The position numbers and the translations under genes were made by a program. A stretch of 63,575 nt of DNA, counting the filler. It is 4 parts of 4 records of this genome, joined end to end, with 100 filler letters (N's around TTAATTAATTAA, not from the genome) between each part and the next. Parts side by side here need not be neighbours in the genome. Positions count along the whole stretch, not along the records: positions 23,741 to 33,896 come from DRR723986_580; positions 33,997 to 49,654 come from DRR723986_586; 2 more parts are not named here. The stretch is one strand, 5' to 3'. Positions 28,191 through 39,280 of this stretch are shown piece by piece. Positions within the stretch are counted from its first letter, which is position 1, and the number at the start of each line of letters is the position of its first letter. The notes under the pieces were generated by a model. The model had not been told where the DNA came from. It saw only the letters and a program-made list of their open reading frames with translations, and did no database searches.

Positions 28191-30785
28191 TCAGGCTACG
28201 GAAGCCTCAGATGCTTTCTGGGTGTACTCTTCCATCTGGTCGAAGTTGAGATACTTGTAGATCTCCTTGGACATGCTGTTCAGGTCCTTGGCGTACTCCA
28301 TGTACTCCGCCGGAGTCGGGAGTTTGCCCAGTACCGCGCCCACAGCAGCCAGTTCCGCGGAGGTCAGGTACACGTTGGCACCATCACCCAGGCGGTTCGG
28401 GAAGTTACGGGTAGAGGTAGACAGGACCGTTGACTTCGGTGCTACACGTGCCTGGTTACCCATGCACAGGGAGCAGCCCGGCATCTCGGTGCGAACACCG
28501 GCGGTGCCGTAGGTGTTGAAGTAGCCTTCTTCCATCAGCTGCTGCTGATCCATCTTGGTGGGCGGAGACATCCACAGACGGGTGCTCAGGGCGCCCTTGT
28601 GTTGCTCCAGCAGCTTGCCAGCGGCACGGAAGTGACCAATGTTGGTCATGCAGGAACCGATGAACACTTCGTCTACCTTGTCACCAGCCACTTCGGACAG
28701 GAACTTGGCATCGTCAGGGTCGTTCGGGCAGCACACGATCGGCTCTTTGATGTCAGCCAGATCGATTTCGATCACGTGGGCGTATTCCGCGTCTTTATCA
28801 GCACGCATCAGCTTCGGATCTTTCAGCCACTCTTCCATCTGCTGGGCGCGACGCTCCAGGGTACGCGGATCGCCGTAACCTTCAGCAATCATCCAGCGCA
28901 GCATTACGATGTTCGAGCGCAGGTACTCAGCCACGGAGTCTTCCGACAGGTTGATGGTACAACCGGCAGCGGAACGCTCGGCAGAGGCGTCAGACAGTTC
29001 GAACGCCTGCTCGACAGTCAGGTGCTCCAGACCTTCGATCTCCAGAATACGGCCGGAGAATTCGTTGATCTTGCCTTTCTTCTCAACAGTCAGCATGCCC
29101 TGCTTGATGCCGTACAGCGGGATGGCGTGTACCAGGTCACGCAGGGTGATGCCAGGCTGCATTTCGCCTTTGAAGCGAACCAGAACGGATTCCGGCATAT
29201 CCAGCGGCATAACGCCGGTAGCAGCGGCAAAGGCCACCAGGCCAGAACCGGCCGGGAAGGAGATGCCCATCGGGAAACGGGTGTGGGAGTCACCACCAGT
29301 GCCCACAGTGTCCGGCAGCAGCATGCGGTTCAGCCATGAGTGGATGATGCCGTCGCCCGGACGCAGGGAAACACCGCCACGGGTGCGGATGAAGTCCGGC
29401 AGGGTGTGCTGCATTTCAACGTCAACCGGCTTCGGATAAGCGGCGGTGTGACAGAAGGACTGCATCACCAGGTCTGCCTGGAAGCCCAGACACGCCAGGT
29501 CTTTCAGCTCGTCACGGGTCATCGGGCCAGTGGTGTCCTGGGAGCCTACGGTCGTCATGTGCGGCTCACAGTAGGTGTTCGGGCGAACGCCTTTGCCTTC
29601 CGGCAGACCGCATGCCTTGCCAACCATCTTCTGGGCCAGGGTGAAACCCTTGTCGCCAGCTTCAGGATCTTTCGGCAGACGGAAGATGTCAGTAGCGCCC
29701 ATGCCCAGAGCCTGGCGGGCCTTGTTGGTCAGACCACGGCCGATGATCAGCGGAATACGGCCGCCGGCCTGAACTTCGTCCAGGATCACATCAGATTTGA
29801 ACTTGAACTCGGAGATGGTTTCACCGGCTTCGTTCAGGATCTTGCCTTCGTACGGGCGGATTTCGATGACGTCGCCCATGTTCATGTCGTCAACCGGGGC
29901 CTCGAATACCAGAGCACCGGCATCTTCCATGGTGTTGAAGAAGATCGGGGCAACCTTGTTACCGATACAGACACCGCCAGCGCGCTTGTTCGGCACGCCC
30001 GGGATGTCTTCACCGAAGAACCACAGAACAGAGTTGGTGGCAGACTTACGGGAAGAACCGGTACCCACTACGTCACCAACGAAGGCAACGGGCAGGCCCT
30101 TGGATTTGATTTCGTCGATCTGGCTCATCGGGCCAGTTACGCCGGGCTCTTCCGGCTTCAGGCCGTCACGTTCCATTTTATAGGCAGCGCGGGCGTGCAG
30201 CGGGATGTCCGGGCGGGACCAGGCATCCGGGGCCGGAGACAGGTCGTCGGTGTTGGTTTCGCCGGTCACCTTGAACACCACCATTTTGGTGCTCTCGGGA
30301 ACCTTCTTCTTGTTGGTGAACCACTCGGCGTTGGCCCAGGACTCAACCACAGACTTGGCAACGGCGTTGCCGGCGTCCATCTTTTCCTTCACATCGTTGA
30401 AGGCGTCGAACATCAGCAGGGTTTTCTTCAGCTGCTCACCGGCCAGTTCGGCCAGGTCGCTGTTGTCCAGCAGCTCAACCAGGGTCTCGATGTTGTAACC
30501 GCCCTGCATCATGCCCAGCAGTTTCACAGCGTATTCTTTGCTGACCAGCGGGGAAGAGGCTTCGCCCTTGGCGATGGCAGACAGGAATGCAGCCTTAACG
30601 TAGGCAGCTTCGTCTACGCCCGGCGGAATGCGGTTTTCCAGCAGGTAAACCAGGGTTTCTTCTTCACCGGCCGGCGGGTTCTTCAGCAGGTCAACCAGGG
30701 CGGCGGTCTGCTCGGCGTTCAGGGGCTTGGGGGGAATACCCAGGGCTTCACGTTCGGCAACGTGTTCACGATAGGCTTCTAACAC
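28191..30785 (-). CDS. acnB: Bifunctional aconitate hydratase 2 / 2-methylisocitrate dehydratase
   Basis: GTG start giving (M)[11 protein letters not shown]. Motifs [51 protein letters not shown]. Confidence 0.97.
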   Translation of the reverse strand: MLEAYREHVAEREALGIPPKPLNAEQTAALVDLLKNPPAGEEETLVYLLENRIPPGVDEAAYVKAAFLSAIAKGEASSPLVSKEYAVKLLGMMQGGYNIETLVELLDNSDLAELAGEQLKKTLLMFDAFNDVKEKMDAGNAVAKSVVESWANAEWFTNKKKVPESTKMVVFKVTGETNTDDLSPAPDAWSRPDIPLHARAAYKMERDGLKPEEPGVTGPMSQIDEIKSKGLPVAFVGDVVGTGSSRKSATNSVLWFFGEDIPGVPNKRAGGVCIGNKVAPIFFNTMEDAGALVFEAPVDDMNMGDVIEIRPYEGKILNEAGETISEFKFKSDVILDEVQAGGRIPLIIGRGLTNKARQALGMGATDIFRLPKDPEAGDKGFTLAQKMVGKACGLPEGKGVRPNTYCEPHMTTVGSQDTTGPMTRDELKDLACLGFQADLVMQSFCHTAAYPKPVDVEMQHTLPDFIRTRGGVSLRPGDGIIHSWLNRMLLPDTVGTGGDSHTRFPMGISFPAGSGLVAFAAATGVMPLDMPESVLVRFKGEMQPGITLRDLVHAIPLYGIKQGMLTVEKKGKINEFSGRILEIEGLEHLTVEQAFELSDASAERSAAGCTINLSEDSVAEYLRSNIVMLRWMIAEGYGDPRTLERRAQQMEEWLKDPKLMRADKDAEYAHVIEIDLADIKEPIVCCPNDPDDAKFLSEVAGDKVDEVFIGSCMTNIGHFRAAGKLLEQHKGALSTRLWMSPPTKMDQQQLMEEGYFNTYGTAGVRTEMPGCSLCMGNQARVAPKSTVLSTSTRNFPNRLGDGANVYLTSAELAAVGAVLGKLPTPAEYMEYAKDLNSMSKEIYKYLNFDQMEEYTQKASEASVA

Positions 30786-31042
30786 GATATGGACCCTCAT
30801 CAGTTGGAATGTTCCGCGCTGTGGGCGTGGTGCCCGGCGGGAGTTTTTTGGCGAAAAGGCCGCAGGAGCCTCTGAATAACGCCTCAAATCACTGATGGGG
30901 TTTCAGGATTTATTCAGAGACTCCTTGATCTGGCGCTGCATTCTATAGGAAACCCCTTATAAAGTTAAGTTGGACAGAGGTCGGAGGAATCTGCTAAGTG
31001 CGCTATACTCCGGCCTCCCGAATTTTCAGCCTGAACCCCGAT

Positions 31043-31654
31043 ATGAACGATGCTCTGCAAGAAATTCACGATTTCCTTCCGTGCCGTACCCCGCAAACCT
31101 GGATTGACAGCGCCCTGGCGAACCAGGACCTGCTGCTGATCGATCATGCGCATTGTGAAAAGAAGGCGGCGTCCACCGCGCTGAGTCTGATGTATCGCTA
31201 CGTGGACAACACCGAGTTGCTCAACAAGATGTCGCGTCTGGCCCGTGAGGAACTGAGGCACTTCGAGCAGGTACTGGCGATCATGAAAAAGCGGGGGGTT
31301 ACCTATGCGCATCTGTCACCGGCACGGTATGCCGCCGGCCTGCGGGAAGCGGTACGAACAGAGGATCCCGGGCGGCTGGTCGATGTCTTGATCGTCGGCG
31401 CCATTATTGAGGCCAGATCCTGTGAGCGTTTTGCTGCCCTGGCTCCCTCGCTGGATGAAAAGCTGGCTGAGTTCTACAACAGCCTGCTTAAATCCGAGGC
31501 ACGTCATTACCAGGATTACCTGACGCTGGCCGAGCAGGCCAATGGTGGCCCGGTGGATGAACGCGTTGTGCAGTTCCTGGCCATCGAGCAAAAGCTGATT
31601 GAATCTCCGGATTCCGAGTTCCGCTTTCACAGCGGCCCGGTTCTGGCAGGTTGA
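31043..31654 (+). CDS. miaE: tRNA-(ms2io6A) hydroxylase
   Basis: DHAHCEKKAA, LAREELRHFEQV, IEARSCERF, SEARHY, RFHSG di-iron motifs. Confidence 0.93.
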   Translation: MNDALQEIHDFLPCRTPQTWIDSALANQDLLLIDHAHCEKKAASTALSLMYRYVDNTELLNKMSRLAREELRHFEQVLAIMKKRGVTYAHLSPARYAAGLREAVRTEDPGRLVDVLIVGAIIEARSCERFAALAPSLDEKLAEFYNSLLKSEARHYQDYLTLAEQANGGPVDERVVQFLAIEQKLIESPDSEFRFHSGPVLAG

Positions 31655-32532
31655 AGCTCCTGGCAAAGTGACATCCAGCGGGCGATTCCGGCGCTGCGGT
31701 ATTTCTGTTTGTGCAGAATGAAGTAGAACTGACGGTCGAATTTCCGATAGTCGGGGACGCTCAGGGGGACCAGGCTACCGCGTTTGAAAGCATCGGCCAG
31801 GACTACTTTGGACAGGCATCCGATGCCCAGATCCGCCTCTACGGCCCGTTTGATGGCCTCGGTATGTTCGAGTTCCAGCAGGATGTTGAGGTCTGGCAAC
31901 AGGCCGTGCATTCCCCGCTCAAAGCTCTGCCGCGTGCCAGATCCCGGTTCCCTCATAATCCAGACCGCCTGACGAAGGTCCTCGTCGGTCAGAGCCTGTT
32001 TTCGGGCCAGGGGGTGTGACGGAGAGCAGAATACCGTCAGTTCGTCTTCCCGCCAGGGAATTACCTCCAGCTCCGGGGACTGTAGCTCGCCTTCAATCAG
32101 ACCGATATCCAGTTCGAAGTCCCGGACCCGGCGGGCTATGGAGCTGGTGTTGGCCACCTCCAGTGAAACCTTCGGGCGGGTAGGGGTATTCATGTATTTG
32201 GCCATCACGCCCACGGCCAGATAGTTCCCTATAGTCAGGGTAGCGCCGACTTTCAGGGCGCCGACTTCTGAATGTTTACTGAAGGCCTGTTCCAGTTCCG
32301 TGGCCTGCGCCAGCAGGGACTCTGCCTTGGGCCGGTAGAGTCGGCCGAGTTCGTTCAATTGCAGCCGTTTGCCCACGCGGTCGAAGAGCTGGATATCGAA
32401 CTGGCTCTCCAGTTCTTTCAGGGCGCTGCTGGCGGCGGACTGGGACATGGCCAGCGATTCGGCAGCCCGGGTGATGTTCTGGAAATGGGCGGCGGCCAGG
32501 AAAACTTCGAGCTGACGAAAGCTGTATTTCAT
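31627..32532 (-). CDS. finR: LysR-family regulator FinR (divergent from fpr)
   Basis: LysR HTH (RQLEVF...MSQSAAS...LFDRVGKRL), GATLTIGNY, REPGSGTR; divergent from fpr. Confidence 0.85.
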   Translation of the reverse strand: MKYSFRQLEVFLAAAHFQNITRAAESLAMSQSAASSALKELESQFDIQLFDRVGKRLQLNELGRLYRPKAESLLAQATELEQAFSKHSEVGALKVGATLTIGNYLAVGVMAKYMNTPTRPKVSLEVANTSSIARRVRDFELDIGLIEGELQSPELEVIPWREDELTVFCSPSHPLARKQALTDEDLRQAVWIMREPGSGTRQSFERGMHGLLPDLNILLELEHTEAIKRAVEADLGIGCLSKVVLADAFKRGSLVPLSVPDYRKFDRQFYFILHKQKYRSAGIARWMSLCQELQPARTGPL

Positions 32533-32557
32533 AGGGTCTCTTCCGGTGGAAGCTCTT

Positions 32558-32575
32558 TATCGGAAAAATCGAATA
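32558..32575. promoter_or_regulatory. Candidate LysR (FinR) binding dyad
   Basis: Imperfect dyad TATCGGAAAAATCGAATA in the finR-fpr intergenic region. Confidence 0.35.
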
Positions 32576-32668
32576 GCCTTATGAAAACAGCCCGTTTTGT
32601 CGATTTCAAGCAAAAGGTTAAACTATTCCCAATTCCTGATGGACTGACGTTAATAGGCGAGGGCTCCC

Positions 32669-33439
32669 ATGAGCAACCTGATGAAAGAAACCGTAACCAG
32701 TGTGCACCACTGGAACGATACGCTGTTCAGCTTCAAGACCAGTCGGGATCCCGGCTTCCGCTTCAAGAACGGTCATTTTGTAATGATCGGTCTGGAGACA
32801 GATGGCAAACCGTTGATGCGCGCCTACAGTATTGCCAGTGCGAACTATGAAGAAGAGCTGGAGTTTTTCTCTATCAAAGTTCCTGATGGCCCGCTGACCT
32901 CGCGCCTGCAACAGATCAAAGTGGGTGACGAGATTCTGGTCAGCCGCAAGCCAACGGGTACGCTGGTATTGGACAATCTTCTGCCGGGCCGAAATCTCTG
33001 GCTGATCAGCACCGGCACCGGGCTGGCACCGTTCATGAGCATCATCAAGGATCCGGAAGTTTACGAGGCCTATGACAAGGTGATCCTGACCCACGGCGTA
33101 CGTTACATCTCGGAGCTGGCGTACCAGCAAGAGATTGAAGAACTGCCAGAAAACGAGTTCTTTGGTGAAATGGTCAGTGGCAAACTGGTGTATTACCCCA
33201 CCGTTACCCGCGAGCCCTTCCGAAATCAGGGCCGGCTGACCGATGCCATGGAAACCGGCAAGATCACCCGGGATCTGGGGCTGCCGGACTTCGACGTGGA
33301 GCAGGACCGCTTCATGATCTGTGGCAGCCCGAGTATGCTCAAGGACACCTGTGCCATTCTCGATAACATGGGCTTTCGCGAAGCCCGTGGTGGCGACATG
33401 GGCCACTATGTGATTGAGCGGGCCTTCGTGGAGCAGTAA
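32669..33439 (+). CDS. fpr: Ferredoxin--NADP+ reductase
   Basis: RAYSIAS, GPLTSRL, STGTGLAPF, MICGSPSM, C-terminal IERAFVEQ. Confidence 0.95.
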   Translation: MSNLMKETVTSVHHWNDTLFSFKTSRDPGFRFKNGHFVMIGLETDGKPLMRAYSIASANYEEELEFFSIKVPDGPLTSRLQQIKVGDEILVSRKPTGTLVLDNLLPGRNLWLISTGTGLAPFMSIIKDPEVYEAYDKVILTHGVRYISELAYQQEIEELPENEFFGEMVSGKLVYYPTVTREPFRNQGRLTDAMETGKITRDLGLPDFDVEQDRFMICGSPSMLKDTCAILDNMGFREARGGDMGHYVIERAFVEQ

Positions 33440-33458
33440 TTCGACTAAAGTACGAGCG

Positions 33459-33494
33459 AAAAATCCCGGGGTTAACGCTCCGGGATTTTTTTTT
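33459..33494 (+). terminator. Rho-independent terminator
   Basis: AAAAATCCCGGGG...CTCCGGGATTTTTTTTT. Confidence 0.88.
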
Positions 33495-33655
33495 GCGACA
33501 AAGTTTGTGTGTATAGTTTTCGCTCTTTCACAGCAGGACGATGCCAAGGCAGAATTAGCCGAGCACAGGGTAAAGGAGACGGCGTAAGTTCGCCGTGGAT
33601 GGGGCAGCGACCTCAAGGGGCTCTTGTCTGATTATGGTGCTTGCGCGGTCCTGGT

Positions 33656-33896
33656 CTATAACTGCCTGAATTGCCCAGCCTCGCCCATGGCAGCCTGGAT
33701 ATCTTCCTCGAGATACGTCGGGTCGAACCTTGCAATTTCCTTGAGGCGATTCAGTTCCTGTAGCTGAACTCCGGAGTTGGGTGAGCTAACCAGGCCTTCG
33801 TCTTTCAGTTCCTGAAATACCCGGTTTACGTGGACTGCACTGAGGCCGAGAGCATCCGCAATCAGTGACTGCGTGAGGGGAAGGTGTAGTGGCTGG
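33656..33896 (-). CDS. Crp/Fnr-family regulator, 3' fragment (HTH)
   Basis: LPLTQSLIADALGLSAVHVNRVFQELKDEGLV...FDPTYL; truncated by the spacer; not in the ORF track. Confidence 0.85.
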
Positions 33897-33996
33897 NNNN
33901 NNNNNNNNNNNNNNNNNNNNNNNNNNNNNNNNNNNNNNNNTTAATTAATTAANNNNNNNNNNNNNNNNNNNNNNNNNNNNNNNNNNNNNNNNNNNN
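33897..33996. other. Artificial contig-joining spacer
   Basis: N44-TTAATTAATTAA-N44. Confidence 0.98.
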
Positions 33997-34105
33997 GCAG
34001 GTACCTGGCAACAGAAACCTGCACTTCCACAAAAACGTGAACCGCCGTTCAGGAATTGTTCACCATTTCGTCTCATTTTGGGCCTTGCAACCCAGGAGGG
34101 ACACA

Positions 34106-34537
34106 ATGAAAAAATCCCAGTTGTTAAAAGAATGGTATGACCAAGTTTGGGTCCACGGCGATCTTGATGCGATCGATAAGTTTTTTGACCCCAGCGCGAT
34201 GGCAGAGGGGATTATCCCCGAAATGCAGGTCGGGCCGGATGATTTTCGAGAGCTGGTAATGGCGTTTCGTCACCATGTTGGCGAAATCAAGGTCGGATTG
34301 CCGAAAACAATCGAAGATGACGAATGGGTCTCTGCCATTCTGCATGTTCACACCTCACGCGCTGACAATGGTGCCCCTATTGAAGTGACAGGCCAAGTTA
34401 TGGCCCGTTTTTCAGGGGACAAGCTGGTCGAGGCGTATAATCAGTTTGATTTCATTTCGCTTTTTGAGCAGCTTGGGCAATTGCCCGAAGACACGCTGCC
34501 GATCTGCATGACAGGTCAAAAGTTAGAGTGGGCCTAA
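34106..34537 (+). CDS. SnoaL-like / ester cyclase family (NTF2-like) protein
   Basis: AGGAGG RBS; WYDQVWVHGDLDAIDKFF...GDKLVEAYNQFD pattern. Confidence 0.8.
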   Translation: MKKSQLLKEWYDQVWVHGDLDAIDKFFDPSAMAEGIIPEMQVGPDDFRELVMAFRHHVGEIKVGLPKTIEDDEWVSAILHVHTSRADNGAPIEVTGQVMARFSGDKLVEAYNQFDFISLFEQLGQLPEDTLPICMTGQKLEWA

Positions 34538-34824
34538 GCCAGCTCTGGTTCCGGTCGTATGATCGGACCTTGCCCCAGTTAACGCCGCTTTCGGTTACCC
34601 ATGGCGTTCGGGGCAAGGAATACTCTTAGCGTTCGGTCATGATTGATCTGTTAACTTGAAGGCCGACAGCTGAATCTGGAAGGTTCAGGTGGTCACTTGC
34701 CTTGTTCTCAATCGTAAACTTCTACATAGATTGCCGAGCGGACCAGATAGCTTATAGAATGGCTCGCATACGCGTGGCCTTCAAGGTCAATCCCAATCCT
34801 ATGCCTGACCTCGAAGGCACCGAT

Positions 34825-36072
34825 ATGTCCCCTAGCTATCTCGAAATGACCCGTATTTTTGGCCGTATTGGTCTCATGTCGTTTGGGGGGCCAGCGGCCC
34901 AAATTGCCCTGATGCACCGCGAACTGGTGGAAGAGCGGCCCTGGCTTGACGAAGATACATTCCTACGCGCGCTCTCTTTGTGCATGCTATTACCGGGCCC
35001 AGAAGCGATGCAATTGGCTACATATGCCGGGTGGCGTTTACGGGGAACAATGGGGGGCTTGATTGCAGGCCTTTTATTTGTGGTGCCCGGTGCAATCGTG
35101 ATTGCGTCCCTTGTTGGCCTTTATGCTGCATACGGCGAATTCTCTCTCGTGCAATCGGTATTTCTGGGCATCAAAGCTGCGGTCATCGTCATTGTCCTTC
35201 AGGCGCTCCGCGGCCTCTCGAAACGCGCACTTACATCCCGACAAGCATGGATAATCGCAGGCCTTGGATTTCTAGCGATATTTGCACTGAACCTCCCGTT
35301 CCCCATCATCATCGGCGGCGCGGCAGTTTGGGGCTACTTTACGACGCCCTCTGCCCCGCCCACCTATATATCCCCCATACGACACGGCCACCCTATGAAA
35401 ATCGCCATATTCTGGCTCAGCCTGTGGCTCCTGCCTTTGATCGCGATCACAGTAAGCGGCCCTTCTTTGCTGGCCGACATCGGCTGGTTTTTTGCGCAGT
35501 TGGCCGTTGTAACCTTTGGCGGAGCCTACGCGGTCCTTGCCTACATGACGCAAACTGTTGTTGATCAGTTCCACTGGATTTCAACAGCGCAAATGATTGA
35601 TGCGCTGGGATTGGCTGAAACCACACCCGGACCTCTGATACTGGTCACTCAATTTGTGGCTATGCTGACCGGCCAATTGCACGGCGGTCCCCAGTTGGCA
35701 CTTGCAGCAGGAGCCGTTGCGCTTTGGGCTACGTTTGTACCGTGTTTTTTATGGATCTTCTTAGCCGCGCCTTATCTAGATCACATAGCGGCACGCCCAC
35801 GTCTTGCGGCCGCTCTGAAGGCGATAACGGCCGCTGTGGTCGGAGTGATCCTTAACTTGTCTGTATGGTTCGCTTTTCATGTTCTATTTGACCAAGTGTC
35901 CCCATGGACCGTTGGTCCGATCACACTTCCGCTCCCCGATTGGAAAAGCTTGAACCTGCTTGCCCTGTGTCTAAGCCTACTGGCGGCCATGCTGATGGTG
36001 CTTACAAAGAATCGTCTGGCATTAGTGCTTGGTTTCATGGCAGGAGCCGGTGCAGTGGCACACGCGCTATAG
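34825..36072 (+). CDS. chrA: Chromate efflux transporter (CHR family)
   Basis: SFGGPAAQI, LLPGPEAMQLA, TFGGAYAVL, AETTPGPLI. Confidence 0.92.
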   Translation: MSPSYLEMTRIFGRIGLMSFGGPAAQIALMHRELVEERPWLDEDTFLRALSLCMLLPGPEAMQLATYAGWRLRGTMGGLIAGLLFVVPGAIVIASLVGLYAAYGEFSLVQSVFLGIKAAVIVIVLQALRGLSKRALTSRQAWIIAGLGFLAIFALNLPFPIIIGGAAVWGYFTTPSAPPTYISPIRHGHPMKIAIFWLSLWLLPLIAITVSGPSLLADIGWFFAQLAVVTFGGAYAVLAYMTQTVVDQFHWISTAQMIDALGLAETTPGPLILVTQFVAMLTGQLHGGPQLALAAGAVALWATFVPCFLWIFLAAPYLDHIAARPRLAAALKAITAAVVGVILNLSVWFAFHVLFDQVSPWTVGPITLPLPDWKSLNLLALCLSLLAAMLMVLTKNRLALVLGFMAGAGAVAHAL

Positions 36073-36149
36073 GCAAAATGTGTGTGGGTGGCCTTTTGTT
36101 TCCGCTCGAATCCCGTATGGTAGGGCCAAGTATTTTTTGGGGAATTACA

Positions 36150-36617
36150 ATGTCGCAAGACATCGACTACGGAAACCTGATGCACAACGCGATGCGCGGT
36201 TTAATCAAGACCGTGCTAACGGATGTGGCAGAAACCGGCTTGCCCGGGGCACATCACTTTTTCATCACGTTCGACACCGGCCATCCAGATGTAGAAATCG
36301 CTGATTGGCTCTCAGATCGCTATCCAGGTGAGATGACAATCGTCATGCAACACTGGTTTGAAAATCTGGTTGTGACAGATGTAGGGTTTGCCATCACCCT
36401 AAACTTTGGCGACGCACCTGAACCACTGTACGTTCCTTATGATGCGATCAAAACCTTTGTTGATCCCTCCGTTGAATTCGGGTTGCGGTTCGAAACGGCC
36501 GAAGAAGACGATGATGTCGAAGACACATCAATCGAACAACTCGAAGAAATCGCAGCTGAACCGATTGAAAAAACAGACGCCGAAGTTGTCTCTTTGGATA
36601 GTTTCCGCAAACCCTAA
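36150..36617 (+). CDS. sspB: ClpXP adaptor SspB (alphaproteobacterial type)
   Basis: IDYGNLMH, GLPGAHHFFITF, YPGEMTIVMQHWF, FVDPSVEFGLRF, C-terminal VVSLDSFRK. Confidence 0.93.
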   Translation: MSQDIDYGNLMHNAMRGLIKTVLTDVAETGLPGAHHFFITFDTGHPDVEIADWLSDRYPGEMTIVMQHWFENLVVTDVGFAITLNFGDAPEPLYVPYDAIKTFVDPSVEFGLRFETAEEDDDVEDTSIEQLEEIAAEPIEKTDAEVVSLDSFRKP

Positions 36618-36665
36618 GAAACGTCGACGTTCTGTAAATGCCATGGGCCTGCCATCGCGCAGGCC

Positions 36666-37229
36666 TTATTCTTTTTTTAGAAAAGTTTGAACTGACCGCG
36701 CTTTTTCGCCGTTACTTAGACGAGAGAAGTCCAGAACCAGCCCGTCTTCGGCAAGTGTTCGGTCAAACTGCTGCATCTCATAACCTCCATCCGCATCCAC
36801 AAAGAGCGAAAAAACAGTCAACGTCTCACCAATGATCCGCCCCCAAACAAAGGGTTCCCCCTTCATTGGATCAAGCTGCACAGCATGCCCAAACACGTTG
36901 CGCTTCATTGCTGCAGAAAAAATGCCATCTCGAGTGGTGGGCAGGAAATCGACGGAGTACGCACTTTCTTTGACACGTCCGTCCGTTTTATAGCTGATCG
37001 TGCGCCAACTAACGTTGAACCCATCCCCCGTCTCCATGATTTCAACGCTCATATCCCGAGGGGATTTAGAACCGTCCGCGTTCACAACCTCGGCAGCGCC
37101 ATGATAAGTGCCAACAAAAGGCTCAATTTCGGACGCCGTCGTAACCGTTACAGAGAACAGAAGTACAAGCGTCCCGATTACGCATGACCACATCAGGCCA
37201 CGCAGATTTGATACGGTCCATGTATGCAT
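36666..37229 (-). CDS. Hypothetical exported beta-barrel-like protein
   Basis: Signal-like N-terminus and beta-rich body; fills the sspB-fumC gap. Confidence 0.7.
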   Translation of the reverse strand: MHTWTVSNLRGLMWSCVIGTLVLLFSVTVTTASEIEPFVGTYHGAAEVVNADGSKSPRDMSVEIMETGDGFNVSWRTISYKTDGRVKESAYSVDFLPTTRDGIFSAAMKRNVFGHAVQLDPMKGEPFVWGRIIGETLTVFSLFVDADGGYEMQQFDRTLAEDGLVLDFSRLSNGEKARSVQTFLKKE

Positions 37230-37434
37230 AGTCGCCTCCGGGTTTTCCTGTCTGTCATCTTACATCTGCAGGGCACAGGAACAATGAGACAGATCCAAAA
37301 ACTGAGAAAAATGACCCACCTGCCCGTCTATACCTTCACTTCAGTTCAACCTATGCTGCGCGCAACTGGCCAATTGCGTGATTGTCGCAGGATGGTTAAA
37401 CGGCATACAACAGCATACCAGACGGAGTGACAAG

Positions 37435-38829
37435 ATGTCCGCAACCCGCACCGAAACCGACAGCTTTGGTCCCTTGGAAGTCCCCACAGACAAATATTGG
37501 GGCGCACAGACGCAGCGTTCGATCATGAATTTCCCCATAGGATGGGAAAAGCAGCCTATCGCGATTGTGCGGGCGCTTGGCGTGATCAAGAAAGCTTGCG
37601 CGCAAGCCAACAAGGCAAGCGGAAAGATGGACGCGACCATCGCAGATGCTGTCATTCTGGCCGCAGGTGAAGTCATCGAAGGCAAATTCGACGACAATTT
37701 CCCATTGGTTGTTTGGCAAACCGGGTCTGGCACTCAATCCAATATGAATTCGAACGAGGTTATCGCCAATCGCGCCATCGAAATTCTGGGCGGTGTAATT
37801 GGGTCCAAGGAACCAGTTCACCCCAACGATCACTGCAATATGGGGCAATCTTCGAACGATACGTTCCCGACTGCGATGCACATCGCAACCGCTATGTCGG
37901 TGCGCGATGTTCTACTGCCCGGCCTCGAAAAGCTGGCGTCCGGTCTTGAGCAAAAGTCGGAAGAGTTCAAAGATATCATCAAAATTGGTCGGACTCACAC
38001 ACAGGACGCCACTCCTTTGACATTGGGTCAAGAGTTCGGCGGTTATGCACATCAGGTTCGTCAGGGTATCGCGCGTGTACATGCAGCAATGCCGGGCATC
38101 TATGAGCTAGCGCAAGGTGGCACTGCTGTTGGAACCGGCTTGAACACGCAAAACGGTTGGGGCGAAACTGTTGCGGCCAACATGGCTGAAATCACCGACC
38201 TGCCGTTCGTAACCGCGCCAAATAAATTCGAAGCTTTAGCCGCTCACGATGCAATGGTCTTTTTGTCGGGTGCTTTGGCAACAATCGCTGGCAGTTGCTA
38301 CAAAATTGCGAACGACATTCGTTTCCTTGGTTCTGGTCCTCGGTCCGGTTTGGGTGAGTTGATTTTGCCTGAAAACGAACCCGGTTCATCGATCATGCCC
38401 GGCAAAGTGAACCCAACGCAAGCCGAAGCACTGACGCAGGTTGCCGCCCATGTGATGGGCAACAACGCTGCGATGACCTTTGCAGGATCGCAAGGCCACT
38501 TTGAGTTGAACGTTTACAACCCTATGATGTCCTACAATTTGCTGCAATCTATCCAGTTGCTGGGCGATGCTACCGCCAGCTTTACCGAACGGATGCTAAT
38601 GGGCATTCAAGCCAACGAACCACGCATCGAGAAACTGATGAAAGAGTCACTGATGCTGGTCACAGCATTGGCGCCCACAATCGGTTACGACAATGCAACC
38701 AAGGTTGCTAAAACCGCCCATAAAAACGGAACGACCCTCAAAGAAGAAGCAATTGCCTTGGGGTTCGTTGATGAGGCGACTTTTGATGCAGTCGTGCGCC
38801 CCGAAGAGATGATTGGTCCCAAAGACTGA
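37435..38829 (+). CDS. fumC: Class II fumarate hydratase
   Basis: [40 protein letters not shown]. Confidence 0.97.
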   Translation: MSATRTETDSFGPLEVPTDKYWGAQTQRSIMNFPIGWEKQPIAIVRALGVIKKACAQANKASGKMDATIADAVILAAGEVIEGKFDDNFPLVVWQTGSGTQSNMNSNEVIANRAIEILGGVIGSKEPVHPNDHCNMGQSSNDTFPTAMHIATAMSVRDVLLPGLEKLASGLEQKSEEFKDIIKIGRTHTQDATPLTLGQEFGGYAHQVRQGIARVHAAMPGIYELAQGGTAVGTGLNTQNGWGETVAANMAEITDLPFVTAPNKFEALAAHDAMVFLSGALATIAGSCYKIANDIRFLGSGPRSGLGELILPENEPGSSIMPGKVNPTQAEALTQVAAHVMGNNAAMTFAGSQGHFELNVYNPMMSYNLLQSIQLLGDATASFTERMLMGIQANEPRIEKLMKESLMLVTALAPTIGYDNATKVAKTAHKNGTTLKEEAIALGFVDEATFDAVVRPEEMIGPKD

Positions 38830-39005
38830 TGTCACAGCCGGTCAACCTGAACCGGTTTCGGAAGAATAAGGCACGGGCCGATAAAAAGGCCCGTGCCAGC
38901 CAAAACGCTGTAAAATTTGGGCAGACAAAATCACAAAGGGCAGTGAACAGAACTAAACTAGAAACAGCCCTGCAAAACCTGGACAGGCACAAGGTCGAAG
39001 AATGA
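38829..39005 (+). CDS. DUF4169-family small basic protein (58 aa)
   Basis: [39 protein letters not shown] overlap with fumC and ATGA overlap with the next gene. Not in the ORF track. Confidence 0.85.
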   Translation: MSQPVNLNRFRKNKARADKKARASQNAVKFGQTKSQRAVNRTKLETALQNLDRHKVEE

Positions 39006-39229
39006 GCGGACCACCAATCAAGCGGTCTTTGACTCTTAAAGGGCATCGAACGTCGGTGTCTCTTGAGGATGAATTTTGGAATGCCTTTCGTGACATATCC
39101 AAGAAAAAAAACATACCAATCAACACCCTAGCATATGAAATAGATGTAAATCGTGACCCCGGAACTGGGTTAGCTTCGGCGATACGTGTGTATGTTTTAA
39201 GCTGGTATAGATCACAATCCGAGGGTTGA
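39002..39229 (+). CDS. Ribbon-helix-helix domain protein (RHH_4 type)
   Basis: KRSLTLKGHRTSVSLEDEFW...LASAIRVYVL. Confidence 0.88.
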   Translation: MSGPPIKRSLTLKGHRTSVSLEDEFWNAFRDISKKKNIPINTLAYEIDVNRDPGTGLASAIRVYVLSWYRSQSEG

Positions 39230-39280
39230 TCCTCCACCCTTTTTGCGTTCAGATATATTGGGAACAAAAAGGGATCAAAT

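Noticed and set aside
28599-30782. Long plus-strand ORFs (246 and 480 aa) antisense to acnB
   Set aside because: Shadow ORFs produced by strong codon bias in a highly expressed gene.
32618-33616. 332-aa ORF antisense to fpr
   Set aside because: Shadow of fpr; it crosses a terminator and has no recognisable motif.
34538-34824. Possible two-piece tmRNA (often near sspB in Alphaproteobacteria) or SRP RNA
   Set aside because: No tRNA-like ends, ANDN-type tag reading frame or SRP loop found on either strand.
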